Source: Eledone cirrhosa
Lineage: Eukaryota
Assembly: GCA_964016885.1 (NCBI GenBank)
Contig: OZ024741.1
Location: forward strand, 120,962,001-121,026,000
Length of the DNA: 64,000 bases
Direction: 5' to 3'
The position numbers were made by a program, and so were the translations under genes. Of the stretch, positions 51,001 to 62,415 are shown in pieces. Each line of letters opens with the position of its first letter. Position 1 is the stretch's first letter. The notes beneath the pieces were generated by a model, which worked only from the letters and a program-made list of their open reading frames with translations, was not told where the DNA came from and did no database searches.

Positions 51001-54000
51001 CCTCCACTTCTTATTTTTTTTCTCTTTGTTTTTTTTTTCTCAGCTTGATAAAAGGAACCAGAATGGTGACAAAAACCAATATATTTTTGAAGATTTTCTC
51101 AGTGGAGATTTATGGTGAGTCTCTAACATCATTGGACCCCTACCCCCTTCTTCCTCCCTCACTAAATAGCAGTGTTGTTGTCATCGTTAACATCATCATT
51201 GTTGTCATCGTTATCATCATCACCATCATTTTATCATCAACCATCACCGCCACCACCACTATCAACAACCACCAACATCACCACCACTATCAGCCACCAC
51301 CACCACCAACATCACCACCACCATCAACCATCACCACCATCACCATCAACCACCACTACCATCAACCGCCACTACCGTCTACCACCACCACCATCAACCA
51401 CCACTACCACCCCACCAACCAACTAGCAGCAGCAGCAGCAGAATTTTCTAGAATTTAAATTATGTGTCCTAATGCAAATGACCATAATAATAGTTGATCA
51501 CCATAAATAATAGTGGAGAAAACTTGGTTATGTACCTCTGGGAATGGAATAAAAAGATTTCTCATAATTTATAATGATCAACTATTATTTTGGTCATTTG
51601 CGTTGGGATATACACATTTGAAATTTCAAATATCCCAATGATTTTTAAATCAACCACTCCTGTTTCCAGAATCATCTCATATCCCTACTGTGGATTTGAA
51701 AACAGCCTTAACAGATGTAGTCTTACTATTTTTATTTCAGTATATCACTATGGCATGATGACACCAAAGTATCACGAGAGGTCTTAGGTGGTATCTTTCC
51801 TGGTGCTTTTCTTGGGGAAGTAAAAATTCCATTACGAGATTTAGATCCCAAATCAGTACATAAGGCATGGTAAGTATATTAAATTTGTTTTGTTATTTCT
51901 TAGGATATGAAGGCACATGGCTGAGTGGTTGAAATGTTGGCCTTGATTCCTAGACTGGGTGATGTGTTGTATCCTTGAGCAAGACACTTTATTTCAGGTT
52001 GCTCCAGTTCACTCAGATGTAGAAATGCGTTTTGATGTAATTGGTGTCAAGTTGTATTGGCCTTGGACAACATCAGTGGTGGTATGCATAGGCAACTGCA
52101 GGTCTTCCACAAACAACATTGTCCGGACTTATGCCTCATAGAGGAAACTTTCTAGGTGCAAATACCATGGTCATGCATGATTGAAGGGGGTCTCTACCTT
52201 ATTTCTTAGGATGAAAATTGGCAGAGTCATTAAGGCATCAGATTAAATGCCTCTCTATTTGTTCGTGGCTGGGGTTAGCTTTGCCTTTCATTCTTTTGGG
52301 GTTGTTAAAGTACTTGTCTATGGGCTGTCAAATAGCGGAATTGTTAAAAGTGCCGGATAGAATGCTTTGCAGTATCTGATCTGGCTATCTGCATTCTGAG
52401 TTAAAATCCTGCTGAGATAAGCTGTGTCTTTCATCCATATGGGGTCAATAAATAAAGTGCCAGTCTATTGGTTTGGTGGAATTGTTAAAATTATTAAAAT
52501 TGTTGGATGGGTTGCTTTGCTGTATCTGATTTGGCCTCTGAGTTCTAGTAGACCCTTGCAGGATTTTGAACTCAGAATACAAAGAACCAGAACAAATACC
52601 ACAAGGTATCTCATATGATGCTTTAACAATTTCACTAAACCACTGCCTTGGACTGGCATTTTATTTCATAGACCTCCCCAATCCACAAAGGATACAGTCA
52701 AAATTGACTTTGGATTTGAACTCAGAACACAAAACATGTCTTCCTTCACTCTAACAACTCTGCCAATTTGTTGCTATAGAAAGAAGGAAAACAAACCAAA
52801 ATAAAATTTTACTCAATCTTGAAAGTTTTCCAAGTTCTTAGAACAATGGTGCTGGATGTTTAAGTGCAACACAATAAAGAATTCATAATAATTTATTCAA
52901 ACTTTTTGTTTCATTACTATAAAGATTTCCTGGTTTTTCTTGACATATTATCTGATGAGAAGTGAATACCTTGTTGGTCACTGGGCTGGATATTATATAT
53001 TGACCACATGTTCGGTAGGATATTATATAGTGACCACATATTGGGTAGGATATTATATATTGACCACATGTTGAGTAGGATATTATATAGTGACCACATA
53101 TTGGGTAGGATATTATATATTGACCACATGTTGAGTAGGATATTATATAGTGAACACATGTAGAGGGGCTCTCTTACATGTTGACCTGGACATTATATAG
53201 TAACCACATGTTGGGCTGGCCATTATATAGTGACCACATATTGGGTAGAATATTATATAGTGACCACATGTTGAGTAGGACATTATGTTGTGACCACATG
53301 TTGGATAGAATATTATATAGTGATCACATGCTGAGTAGGACATTATATATTGACCACATGTTGGACTGGACATATAGTGACCACATGTTGCATAGAATAT
53401 TATATAGTGACCACATCTTGGGTAGGATATTATACAGTGACTACATGTAGAGGGAGCTCTCTTACATCTCGACCTAGACATTATATAGAGACCACATGTT
53501 GGGTTAAACATTATATAGAGGCCACATGTTGTGGTAGGACATTATATAGTGACCACATGTTGGGGTGGATATTATACAATGACCACATGTAAACAGAATC
53601 TCTACATGCTGGTCAGAATATTATATATAGTGACCACATCATCAAAGTAAAGAGTAGTGGATTTCTTTATTTATTAAAATAATGACTCTTACAAAACTAA
53701 TCCTATTTTTCTGAAGTAAAGGAAACAGCAAGGAGAGAGTCATTATTTTAATAAATAAAGGAATCCTTTATATTCATAAAATATCCTGCTGCAAAATCTG
53801 AGAGATCTGCATGGAGTGGATATAGATGTTTTCATGATACGCATGGACATTCTACTGTGTGACATCTCGGGTGCATCATAGCAAGAGATGCAGATGAGGG
53901 CAGCAATATCAAACTCCTTCATTCATCAACCCCCCACCAAAAAAAAACCGGAAGAGATACAAGCAGTGATACATGCCCAGCATGGCCACAGCCCATGTGC

Positions 54001-57000
54001 TAGAAGAGGTAAAACAATAAAAGAAAAAAGAAAGAATAATGCAGAATTATTTTAACCATTTTGATAACAACCTGGTTAAAACCAGCTCTGGTTCTATGAA
54101 ACAAAACTATCCATTTTAAAGGGTTCCTATTTAAAGAAAAATATTACAACATAATTTTATATAAAGACCATATGTTATCTTACTATTCTTAGTAATTAAA
54201 TTATTAATAATTTTAGTGTATCCTTCAAAATTCTTCATTAATTAATAAATAGATAGTATTTTATGACTGGCCATTGCCTTTCCCTTGGACAACATTAGTG
54301 GCGGTCTTCCTTAAACTGCTGGTCTCTCACAAACAACTTTGCCCAATGGGCATCTGCTGGTTTTCCACAAACAACCTTGTTCAGACTTGTGCCTCAGAGG
54401 GAAACTTTCTAGGTGCAAATCCCATGGTCATTCATGACTGAAGAGGGTCTTTACTTTTACTTCACTAGAACTATGGCCACGAAAGGGTTTGGGCCATTTT
54501 TCTCTGCTAAAGCAGAAATTTTGTGGGCCCCATGAAAGGCATATGTTCATCATGGTATTCTTTTTAAAGCAATGTTTTATTTCAGATGCCTTTCTTGGTG
54601 CCAACTTTTTTAGTCACCTCTTATAACGTGCAAGGATACAGTATACCTATTCTAACTTGTATTCACATAGATACACATGTATAAATACCTTTTTTTTTAC
54701 TGGTCTTGTGCTTATTGGCAGTATTGGTAGGGCATCGGACAATGTTGTATGGCATAAGGGTACGGCCCTTTACGATCTGAGTTCAAATCCTGCTGAGCTT
54801 AGCTTTGCCGCCTTTCATCCTTACGGTCGATAAAATAAAGTACCAATAATGCACTGGGGTAAATTTAATCGACCCCCCCCCCCCCCCCCCCAAATTACTG
54901 ACCTTGAACCTAATGTAGAAATCATTATTAGTAGAAGTATAGCAAGGGTGGTTTTAAAAGGAAATATTTTTCAGATATATTAAATTGTGCACCAAGCAGC
55001 AAAAATTTAAGATAAATACATGGTTTAGTGGTTAGAGAATTGGATTTACAATCATGAGGTTGCGAGTTCGATTCCTGGACCAGGCAATGCTTTATGTCTT
55101 TGAACAAGACACTTCATTTCATTTTGCTCTCTTTGCCATGAGTTGCAACTGGTAGATAGTATCAGCAATGGAAAGACCAAAGGAAACATTGTTTCCTTGG
55201 TCTGATTTGGAGTTCCACCCCACTCGGTAAGCTAATCAGGTCTGGGATCTTGGCAATCGATCAAAAAAAAGTTTTTTTTTCCATAATCCTTTTATAATTG
55301 TAAAAAGTTAAAAGTCTACAATTATTTTATTTTTCTCACAGGTACTTCTTACATGCCCGAGAAAATGGTAAACAAACACGACAAGAACTAGGTTCATTAA
55401 GGCTGCGAATCTCATATACCTCCGATTATGTTTTCTCTTCTCACTATTATGATGAACTCAGGAATTTATTGTTGAATTCAGAAAGTTGTACTGTAAGCTA
55501 ATTATCAATTTTTTTTTTATTGTTATTTCATATAGAGCAATGGTTCCCAACCTTTTTCCTGTTAAGGGACCCCTGTTATTTAAATGAGCTCCCCAACTCT
55601 ATTATAATCCCCCACCCCCACCCCACACACACAGATTGTTATACAGTGAGAATTAAGAGAAATATTTATGCTGAGAGAAGAATGTATACCCAGTAGTGCA
55701 TGTATATTATGTTTACTAGCAGAAAACCACCCTAGGGTGGTTTTCTGCTAGCATGTGTAGTGTGTAGTGTGTATATTGATATTATACATGTAGATATGAT
55801 ACATCAAATAAAATCGTAATTGACAATATACACAGAAATTGAACGAAGTCTATGTTACACTGTCTTATGTAATCAGTAACGTAATCCATGATATATTAAA
55901 AAATTGACGATATTATATATAAACATTAGGAGAAAATTAGCGACGGAAATATATGCTATATTTTTATAAGTGTTATAATATAACGGCCGCTAACCGGAAG
56001 TGTTGACATTGGAAAATTTTGAAGAAGTGAATCTTTAAATAAGCTATAAAATATATTTAATCAACAGCCACGAAATTTAGCACATAAATTATGTAATATT
56101 CATTCATTATTTATTCAAAGTAATTACAAACGGGGCAAAAAAATATATTCTGGACACAGTCCCGCACTCCTTTCTTTATTATAGTTAAGATAACAAAGTA
56201 CTTTTAGCTTTGAACTTAACTCACAGATCATCAATACTACTTTTGCTGTTGTTGATAAGAAATTGATGAAAAGTTGTCTGATAAAAAGTCATTTGATGAA
56301 ATGTTTGATGTAAAGTTGATGAATTTGATGGATTCTTGTTTGATGAAATGTTGACTGATGAAAAGTCATTTGAGTAAAGGTTGTTTGATAAAATGTATTT
56401 GATGAAATGTTTCATGAAAAGTTTGATAAAATGATCTTTGATGAAACATTTTTTGATAAAATGTTGTTTGATGAAAAGATGCTTTGATGAAATGTTTGAT
56501 GAAGAGTTTGATATAAAGATGCTTTGATGAAACACCTTTGTTGAGCTGTGATGAAATGTCATTTGATGAAAGGTTTGATAAAAAGACACTTTGATGAAAC
56601 ACTTTTCAATAAAAAGTTGGTTGATGGAAAGTTGTTTGAAAAGTCATTTGATGCTATGATGAAATATTTAATGAAAAGTCATTTGATGCTATGATGAAAT
56701 ATTTAATGAAAAGTTGTTTGATAAAAAGATGCTTTGATGAAACATCTTTCGATAAAAATTTACTTAATAAAAAGTTGTTTGAGGAAAGGTCATTGATAAA
56801 ATATTTCATAAAATGTCATGCCACACATATAAATGTATCAAAGATGTAGAACTGGTATCAGATTGGAACTTTGTCAGTTTCTATGAAGAGCATACCATTT
56901 GTTTGCTCAACAGAACAGCCTGCTTAATGAATAAATTAATGTGTATGTGACTGGCATTCTACAGACATGTACTCTCAATGTAATTTTCTGAGAGATTCAG

Positions 57001-57389
57001 TATGACAGCAGTGTGTGGGACAAGGCTGGCCCTTTGAATTACAGGTACAGAGTCCATCTGATGGGCTTTCACTACTCATTGAATTAACGTGTAAGTGGCT
57101 GAGCATTCTACAGACATGTGTACATGACACTGTGTGTGACAAGGCTGGCCTTTAAATTACAAGTACAGTCTATCTGAGGGCTTCTAAACAGTTTCTGTCT
57201 ACCCAGTTTCACTCACATGACATGAGTCAACCTGGTAAATGACACTTGCTTAAGATGCCACGCAGTGGGATCGAACCTGGGACTTAATGATTGTGAAGCA
57301 AACCTTTTAACCTTTTGGCCATACTGTATCCACAAAATTATGTATGAATATTATGAAAAAGATGGTTGTGTGTGTATGGGTATGTATGT

Positions 57390-57440
<51 letters not shown>

Positions 57441-60400
57441 GGTATGTGTGTAGGTGTATGGGTATGTGTGAAAAAGAGAAAGAGATTGAACCCAGGCCAA
57501 GTGATTGTAAAGTGAACTCCTTAATCATTTGGCCGTCCTGCATCCACAGAACTAATGTCAGTGCCAATAGAATGGCAATTTTTATTTTTCTGGTTTAATT
57601 TTCAGTTAAAGTTTGAAATGTTTCTGTCTTGAGTCTAACATAATCACTGGGTCCTATCCTGTTTCTATTTTTATTGTTGTTGCAGCCAATAACATCATCT
57701 GCAGCCTTTATTTTGGGGGAAATAGTTGAAAATCCACAGAATGCAGCTCAACCTCTCATGAAAGTTTTTTTACATTATGGGAAATTAGTGCCTTTAATTA
57801 AAGCTTTAGCTGAAAACGAACTTTCCAAAACCTCGTGAGTAATGAATTTACTTTTGCATATAATTATAAACCATTTTTAGTTTCGCATGCAAGTGTTGTT
57901 GCTGAAATAGTGTAGTGAGAGAGAGAGAGTGTGCGTGTGTGTGTGTGTACTGCATTTTATTGTCGCATGAGAGAAGTTGTTTTGTTCTTCTGAAGAGTGT
58001 AGCATCCCCTCTCCTTTTACATCAATATATGTATGTAAGGAAAATTTGAAATTCGAAATGTGTCCTCCCCAATGCAAACAACTATAATAATAGTATTTAA
58101 CAGCGATGATGATGGTGTTAATGATTATATAATTATGGATATATGTATATCATTCAACTGTAGATATTATTATTATTTGGATTGGTAGCATTGTTAGAAT
58201 GCCGGACAACATGCATTCAGTTACAGTTCAAATCCCACTGAGGTTAGCTTTGCCTTTCAACCTTAAGGTGTTGATAAAATAAAGCACCAGTAATGCACTG
58301 GGGTCAATTTAATCGACTTTCTCCTCCCTAAAAGTTGCTGGCCTTGTGCGTGCTTATAGTAGAAACAATTATTATTATTATTCTATTATTATTAAAAAGA
58401 AATAATAATAATTTTTTTATCAGTATAGGTCAGTGGATTGGCAGTTTTGGTTGAGTGTTGGACAACAGGCTTTGTGGCATATAGTTATGGCCCTTTACGT
58501 TCTGAGTTCAACTCCCACCGAGGTTAGCTTTGCCTTTCATCCTTACAGGGTAGATAAAATAAAGTACCAGTAACACACTGGGGTTGATTTAATTGACTTT
58601 CCCTTCAGATTGCTGGCTTTGTACTAAATGTAGAAACAATTATTATTTATCAGTATATATATATTAATTTTCTTTCTCTGCAGTGACCCCAACACGATAT
58701 TCCGGGGCAACACTCTAGTCACTAAATTAATTGATGAGTTGATGAAGCTAGTCGGGTTACCCTATTTACAAGACACAATAAAATCAATAATTGATGAGGT
58801 AAGTACTTTAACTCTTTAATTTCTAAATTTTACAATGAAAGACACTGGCCAAGATTTTCAAATTATTTTGAAAATAATTAAGAATTTTGTAGGGATTTAT
58901 AATATAACTAATTTGGAATATAACCTTTTCATGACCATATCTGTAATGAAATACACTCTATTTCAATTAAGTGTTTTGAGGGATTTATTAGAATTATTAA
59001 TTATTTCCTAACTAAGATTATAACTTAATATTGTTCTTATATAAATTATTCTGGAAGATTTGAATTTAAATAAAATCCTTTTAAAATGTTGTGGTACATG
59101 GGAGGAAGGGGAAATGTAGCTCACCTACATTGCAGGATATCTCACTGGTTGATTTTGTCCAGAATGAGGTATATTCATGACCGTAAGTGCCCACCACAAC
59201 CCTATGGCCAGAAAGTATAAATATATAACCCCAGCACACGGAGCAAAAACCATAACCTACTTACCCAACTGATCGATAGCAAGAAAGAGGGAGCTCCTGA
59301 TGCTGCTGCTACTTCCTGCTACTTCCTGTTGTCACTGTGATGGCACTCCCTCTTCTGCTTCTGGCAAGGCCCTCTAGCCCCATAACATCAATTGCCCTTA
59401 TACTTTCAGCAAGGCCCCCAGCCCCTCAAATATGAAGTTTTATTTCATATAACCAGGCTGGTTTTATGTGGTTTCAGGTGGTTTGCGTATATAAAGTGTT
59501 AAACAGAAAGCAGCCATGGTAAATACTGTTATTTTCTATCTTCTGAAAATATTTTTCCTTCAGTCAATAATCTGAGATAGTTTTCAGCTTTAATTCAACT
59601 GTAAACTTTCACTTGACTCAATGTCTGTTTATGAAATTAATGTGTAAGTGGTTAATCATTCTACAGAAATATGTACCCTTAACATAATACTTAGGGAGAT
59701 TCAGCGTGACATAGTTTGTGTGACTTGGATGGCTCTGTGAATTACAGGTACAGTCCATCTTGTATTATAATATATGGGCAGTGGATTGGCAGTATCGGTA
59801 GAGGGTCGGACGCCATGCTTTGACGCATAGAGTTATGGCCCTTGCCATTCTGAGTTCAAATCCCTCCGAGGTTAACTTTGCCTTTCATCCTTACGGGGTC
59901 GATAAAATAAAGTACCAGTGATGCACTGGGTAATTGCTGGCCTTGTGCCAAAAGTAGAAACAATTATAATATATGTGGCTGAGCATTCTATAGACGTGTA
60001 GCATTAGTGTAATTCTCAGGGAGTTTCAGCATGACACAGTTAGTGTGACAAAGCTGGCACTTTGAGTTACAGATACAGTTGATCTATCTGACAGGCTTCC
60101 AAAAAGTTTCTATCTCTCCAATTTCACTCACAAGGCATTGGTTGATCCGAGGCTATCGTAAATGACACTTGCCTAAAATGTCTTGCTCTGGGATTGAACC
60201 CAAGACCTACTGATCATCAAATGAACATCTTAATCATTTGGCTATGGTGAGTCCACACTGTATGCTGGTACAAACCATTGTAGTCACTTATAATATACAG
60301 GGATGTGTGATGTACCTGTTCTAAACCTTGCATGGCGTAGTGGTTAGGGTATTTGGCTCAGAATTGTAAGGCCATGAGTTTGTTGTATCCTTGAGCAAGA

Positions 60401-60642
60401 CAATTTATTTCATGTAGCTCTAGTTCACTAAGTTCAACATGTAATTCAAAGGGCCAACCTTGTTACACACTGAATCTCCCTGAGAACTGTAGTAAGTGTG
60501 TACGTGCCTGTAGAATGCTCAGCTAACTTACGCGTAAGTTTCTCGAGCATTCTGTTGTTCGAACAACTAGAATACTCGTCGGAACTAACACACGTATATC
60601 ATCATCATCATCATCATCGTTTAACGTCTATCTTCCACGCTA

Positions 60643-60703
<61 letters not shown>

Positions 60704-61009
60704 AACCCATGCTAGTGGGGAAGATAGACGTTAAACGATGATGATGATATATATATATCCAAAGAAAATAGAAGGTGGGATTCCAATATATTCCTTTAAT
60801 GTTGCATAATTGCACAATACATATTTTTATGGCTGGTTTACATCATCCGATCATGATGCAAGTCAATTGCTGACATCATCAGATATAATGAATATAAAAG
60901 ATTTAAAAGACTTTGTTCAGTAATCTTGACTGGGTTACAGCAAAATATAAACGAAGAATTGATACAGAGGCAGCTTGGCCAGCAATGCCATCACTACACC
61001 AGCTAGCCT

Positions 61010-61074
<65 letters not shown>

Positions 61075-61250
61075 GCTATGCTAAACTGGATATATCAATG
61101 GTTCTGGCCAAATTAATTAACTCTTTTCCCATTGCATGCTTTGTAATGTGTGAATATATTTTTTAATTTTTATAGATTTGTACAGACCACCGATCTTGTG
61201 AGATTGATCCAACCAAATTAAAAGATGGTGAAAATATTATCACAAATATG
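34879..61250 (+). CDS. RASA3: GAP1-family Ras GTPase-activating protein (RASA2/RASA3-like), partial multi-exon gene: C2A end, C2B, start of RasGAP domain
   Basis: Ten manually translated exons with AG/GT boundaries and compatible phases join into PFYGEEF...IGKV...EVQGKVHVE...CNPY...PQFEEIFFF...FLGEVKIPL...AWYFL...LGSLRL...DPNTIFRGN...[13 protein letters not shown]. This is collinear with vertebrate RASA3 as recalled; RASA2 vs RASA3 orthology is not resolvable by eye. Confidence 0.93.
35342..35443 (+). CDS. RASA3: GAP1/RASA3-like exon (C2A end): [34 protein letters not shown]
   Basis: Acceptor catttcag, donor gtaatt; 102 nt, phase 0/0. Confidence 0.93.
35770..36665 (+). mobile_element. SINE head(s) plus Expander/Rex3-like RTE 3' segment ending in (GAA)n
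   Basis: tggctgtgtggttaagaag..ccttgagcaagtgt head; 36400-36620 translates [21 protein letters not shown]; (GAA)n at 36626-36665. Confidence 0.55.
36697..36779 (+). CDS. RASA3: GAP1/RASA3-like exon (C2A-C2B linker): [27 protein letters not shown](R)
   Basis: Acceptor ttctttcttctag, donor gtaaac; 83 nt; continues the EVQ|GKVH motif. Confidence 0.92.
37350..37475. repeat. ~126-bp imperfect fold-back (MITE-like hairpin)
   Basis: caaagtaacttataaa..agggtgaagacc..aaaaggagttgccat / atggcaacttccttttt..ggtcttcaccct.tttataagttactttg. Confidence 0.85.
37492..40912 (+). mobile_element. Near full-length RTE LINE family B (APE + RT + PHD)
   Basis: ORFs 37492..38319 and 38567..40522; lesions are TGA at 38317, a poly-G frameshift at 38613-38624 and TAA at 40520; 3' UTR and (TGA)n tail. 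Confidence 0.96.
41414..47814. repeat. 41-bp satellite array (~156 copies, 6.4 kb)
   Basis: Unit agctgtattggtgctgtacacatcatcaaatgttgtgcagt; highly homogeneous with a few recurrent variants. Confidence 0.98.
47920..48160. repeat. (CAT)n-rich low-complexity region
   Basis: Directly visible. Confidence 0.9.
48430..48915. repeat. (GTT)n-rich region containing a 54-bp higher-order repeat
   Basis: gttgttgtcactgttattgttgttgctgttgttgatattgttgtt(g/a)(c/t)tgtcaat repeated 4-5 times; ends just before the acceptor of exon 48952. Confidence 0.9.
48952..49114 (+). CDS. RASA3: GAP1/RASA3-like exon (C2B): [54 protein letters not shown]
   Basis: Acceptor ttattcag, donor gtaagt; 163 nt; overlaps ORF 48908..49156. 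Confidence 0.95.
49925..50615 (-). mobile_element. Old degenerate RTE-like LINE 3' fragment
   Basis: Minus-strand remnants [34 protein letters not shown]. Confidence 0.5.
51044..51114 (+). CDS. RASA3: GAP1/RASA3-like exon (C2B loop): [23 protein letters not shown](C)
   Basis: Long polypyrimidine tract + cag, donor gtgagt; 71 nt; phases 0/2 bridge the neighbouring exons. Confidence 0.85.
51170..51440. repeat. (CAT/CAC/CAG)n low complexity
   Basis: Directly visible. Confidence 0.85.
51741..51869 (+). CDS. RASA3: GAP1/RASA3-like exon (C2B): [42 protein letters not shown](W)
   Basis: Acceptor tttatttcag, donor gtaagt; 129 nt; C2 motif FLGEVKIPL. Confidence 0.93.
52985..53640. repeat. ~30-bp minisatellite (ggatattatatagtgaccacatgttgggta)
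   Basis: About 20 diverged tandem units. Confidence 0.92.
53659..53766. repeat. 31-bp inverted repeat pair with 46-bp spacer
   Basis: ggatttctttatttattaaaataatgactct ... agagtcattattttaataaataaaggaatcc (one mismatch). Confidence 0.85.
53780..54030 (+). mobile_element. Degenerate CR1-group 3' fragment related to 290-550
   Basis: ctgagagatctgcatggagtggat..agggcagca..aaactcc..cccagcatggcc..aggtaaaa homologous to the window-start LINE. Confidence 0.75.
54715..54930 (+). mobile_element. tRNA-SINE family with gcctttcatccttac(g)gggtcgataaaataaagtacc central domain. Other copies at about 49290-49435, 52320-52470, 58180-58370, 58430-58645, 59778-59965, and minus strand 35590-35740 and 62670-62860
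   Basis: A-box-like tggcagtattgg, B box gagttcaaatcc, shared central domain (MetaSINE-like from recall). Confidence 0.8.
55021..55210 (+). mobile_element. tRNA/CORE-like SINE (same family as 12967-13186)
   Basis: tggtttagtgg A box, gagttcgattcc B box, tgaacaagacactt, ggaaagaccaa.ggaaaca. Confidence 0.8.
55342..55492 (+). CDS. RASA3: GAP1/RASA3-like exon: [50 protein letters not shown]
   Basis: Acceptor ttctcacag, donor gtaagc; 151 nt; resembles RASA3 [28 protein letters not shown]. Confidence 0.94.
55716..56190 (-). mobile_element. Non-autonomous Helitron (475 bp)
   Basis: Minus strand begins TC(ttaactataataaag) and ends CTAG, inserted between A and T with no TSD; terminal palindrome. A similar 5' end (atctaaactataataaagg) occurs at 62578. 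Confidence 0.75.
56255..56815. repeat. Degenerate tandem (tttgatgaaa...) repeats
   Basis: Dozens of ttgat(g/a)aaa motifs at ~12-20 bp spacing. Confidence 0.8.
56870..57320 (-). mobile_element. SINE family with tgtacctgtaattcaaagggccagccttgtc body. Other copies at about 49490-49845, 59620-59760, 59970-60245 (minus) and 60330-60590 (plus)
   Basis: Repeated homologous segments; tRNA-like head with gttcgatcc; internal duplication in this copy. Confidence 0.75.
57686..57834 (+). CDS. RASA3: GAP1/RASA3-like exon (RasGAP start): [49 protein letters not shown](S)
   Basis: Acceptor gttgcag, donor gtgagt; 149 nt. Confidence 0.94.
58684..58798 (+). CDS. RASA3: GAP1/RASA3-like exon with catalytic arginine finger: [38 protein letters not shown]
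   Basis: Acceptor tctctgcag, donor gtaagt; 115 nt; FRGN RasGAP finger loop. Confidence 0.96.
60598..60748. repeat. Two inverted RTE-type 3' tail stubs flanking a (TA)n run
   Basis: (cat)n-cgtttaacgtctatcttccacgctagcat / atgctagtggggaagatagacgttaaacg-(atg)n. Confidence 0.85.
61176..61250 (+). CDS. RASA3: GAP1/RASA3-like exon (RasGAP): [25 protein letters not shown]
   Basis: Acceptor tttttatag, donor gtgagg; 75 nt; CEIDP motif. Confidence 0.94.
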
Positions 61251-61299
61251 GTGAGGAACCTTCATTAATACTTAAAAAATTATTATAAAATAGAATGCT

Positions 61300-62160
61300 C
61301 GATTAGTCAACACTATCAGACTGCCTGTATTATTGGATCTGATCCGGGATCGGATCTGATGTCTATTATTAGTCAACACTCTCAGACTGCCTGTATTCTC
61401 GGATCTGATGTTTGTATCATTCGTCAACACTGTCAGATTGCCTGTATTATCCGATCTGACATCGGGCCTGATCTGGCATCGGATCTGATGTCTGTATTAA
61501 TCAACACTATCAGACTGCCTGTATTATTGGATCTGATCCGTGATCGGATCTGATGTCTGTATTATTAGTCAACACTATCAGACTGCCTGTATTATCGGAT
61601 CGGATCCCAGATCGGATATGATCTGGGATCAGATCTGATGTCTGGTCTGTATTATTAGTCACCACTTTCAGACTGCCTGTATTATCGGATCTGATCTGAC
61701 ATTGGATCTGATCTGATCTGACATTGGATCTGATCAGTGATCAGATCTAATCTGGCATTAGATCGGACGTCTGTATTATTAGTCAACTCTATCAGACTGT
61801 GTTATCGGATCTGATCTAGCATCATATCTGATGTCTGTATTAGTCAACACTATCAGACTGCCTGTATTACTGGATCTGATCTGGGACCGGATCTGATCCG
61901 GAGTCAGATCAGCTCCGGGGTTAGATCTGATCTGGGATCTGGTCTATCCAGGATTTGATCTGATCTGGCATCTGCTCAGATCTGGGATTTGATCTGATTT
62001 GGCATCGGATCAGATGTCTGCATTATTAGTCAACCCTATCAGACTGCCTGTATCATCTGATTTGATCTGGCATCGGATCTGATGTCTGTATTATTAGTCA
62101 ATACTTTCAGACTGCCTGTAATATCGGATCTGATCCAAGATCATATCTGATCTGACATCA
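61300..62160. repeat. Minisatellite: attattagtcaacactatcagactgcctgtatt core with variable (GATCT)n spacers
   Basis: About 10 units of variable length immediately after exon 61176-61250. Confidence 0.9.
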
Positions 62161-62415
62161 GACACACCTACTTCCAATACACACCATCTGCTCTCAATAC
62201 ACAGACACCTGCTCCCAAAACACAGACACCTGCTCCCAAAACACAGACACCTGCTCCCAATACACACACACACACCTACTTCCAATACACACAGACACCT
62301 GCTCCCAATACACACAGTCACATGCTCCTAATACAGACACACACACACATACACACACACACACCTGCTCCCAATACACACACACACACACCTACCTGCA
62401 ATACAGATTACACCT
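62160..62415. repeat. ~21-25-bp cacctgctcccaatacaca minisatellite
   Basis: Directly visible. Confidence 0.85.

Noticed and set aside
55538-55577. hAT-type TIR (caatggttcccaacct)
   Set aside because: No matching opposite TIR or 8-bp TSD found
59085-59480. Solo LTR or internal promoter (TATA-like tataaatatataa)
   Set aside because: No TG...CA termini with TSD and no second copy; insufficient evidence
61300-62160. CRISPR-like repeat-spacer pattern
   Set aside because: The spacers are low-complexity GATCT derivatives related to each other, not unique acquired sequences
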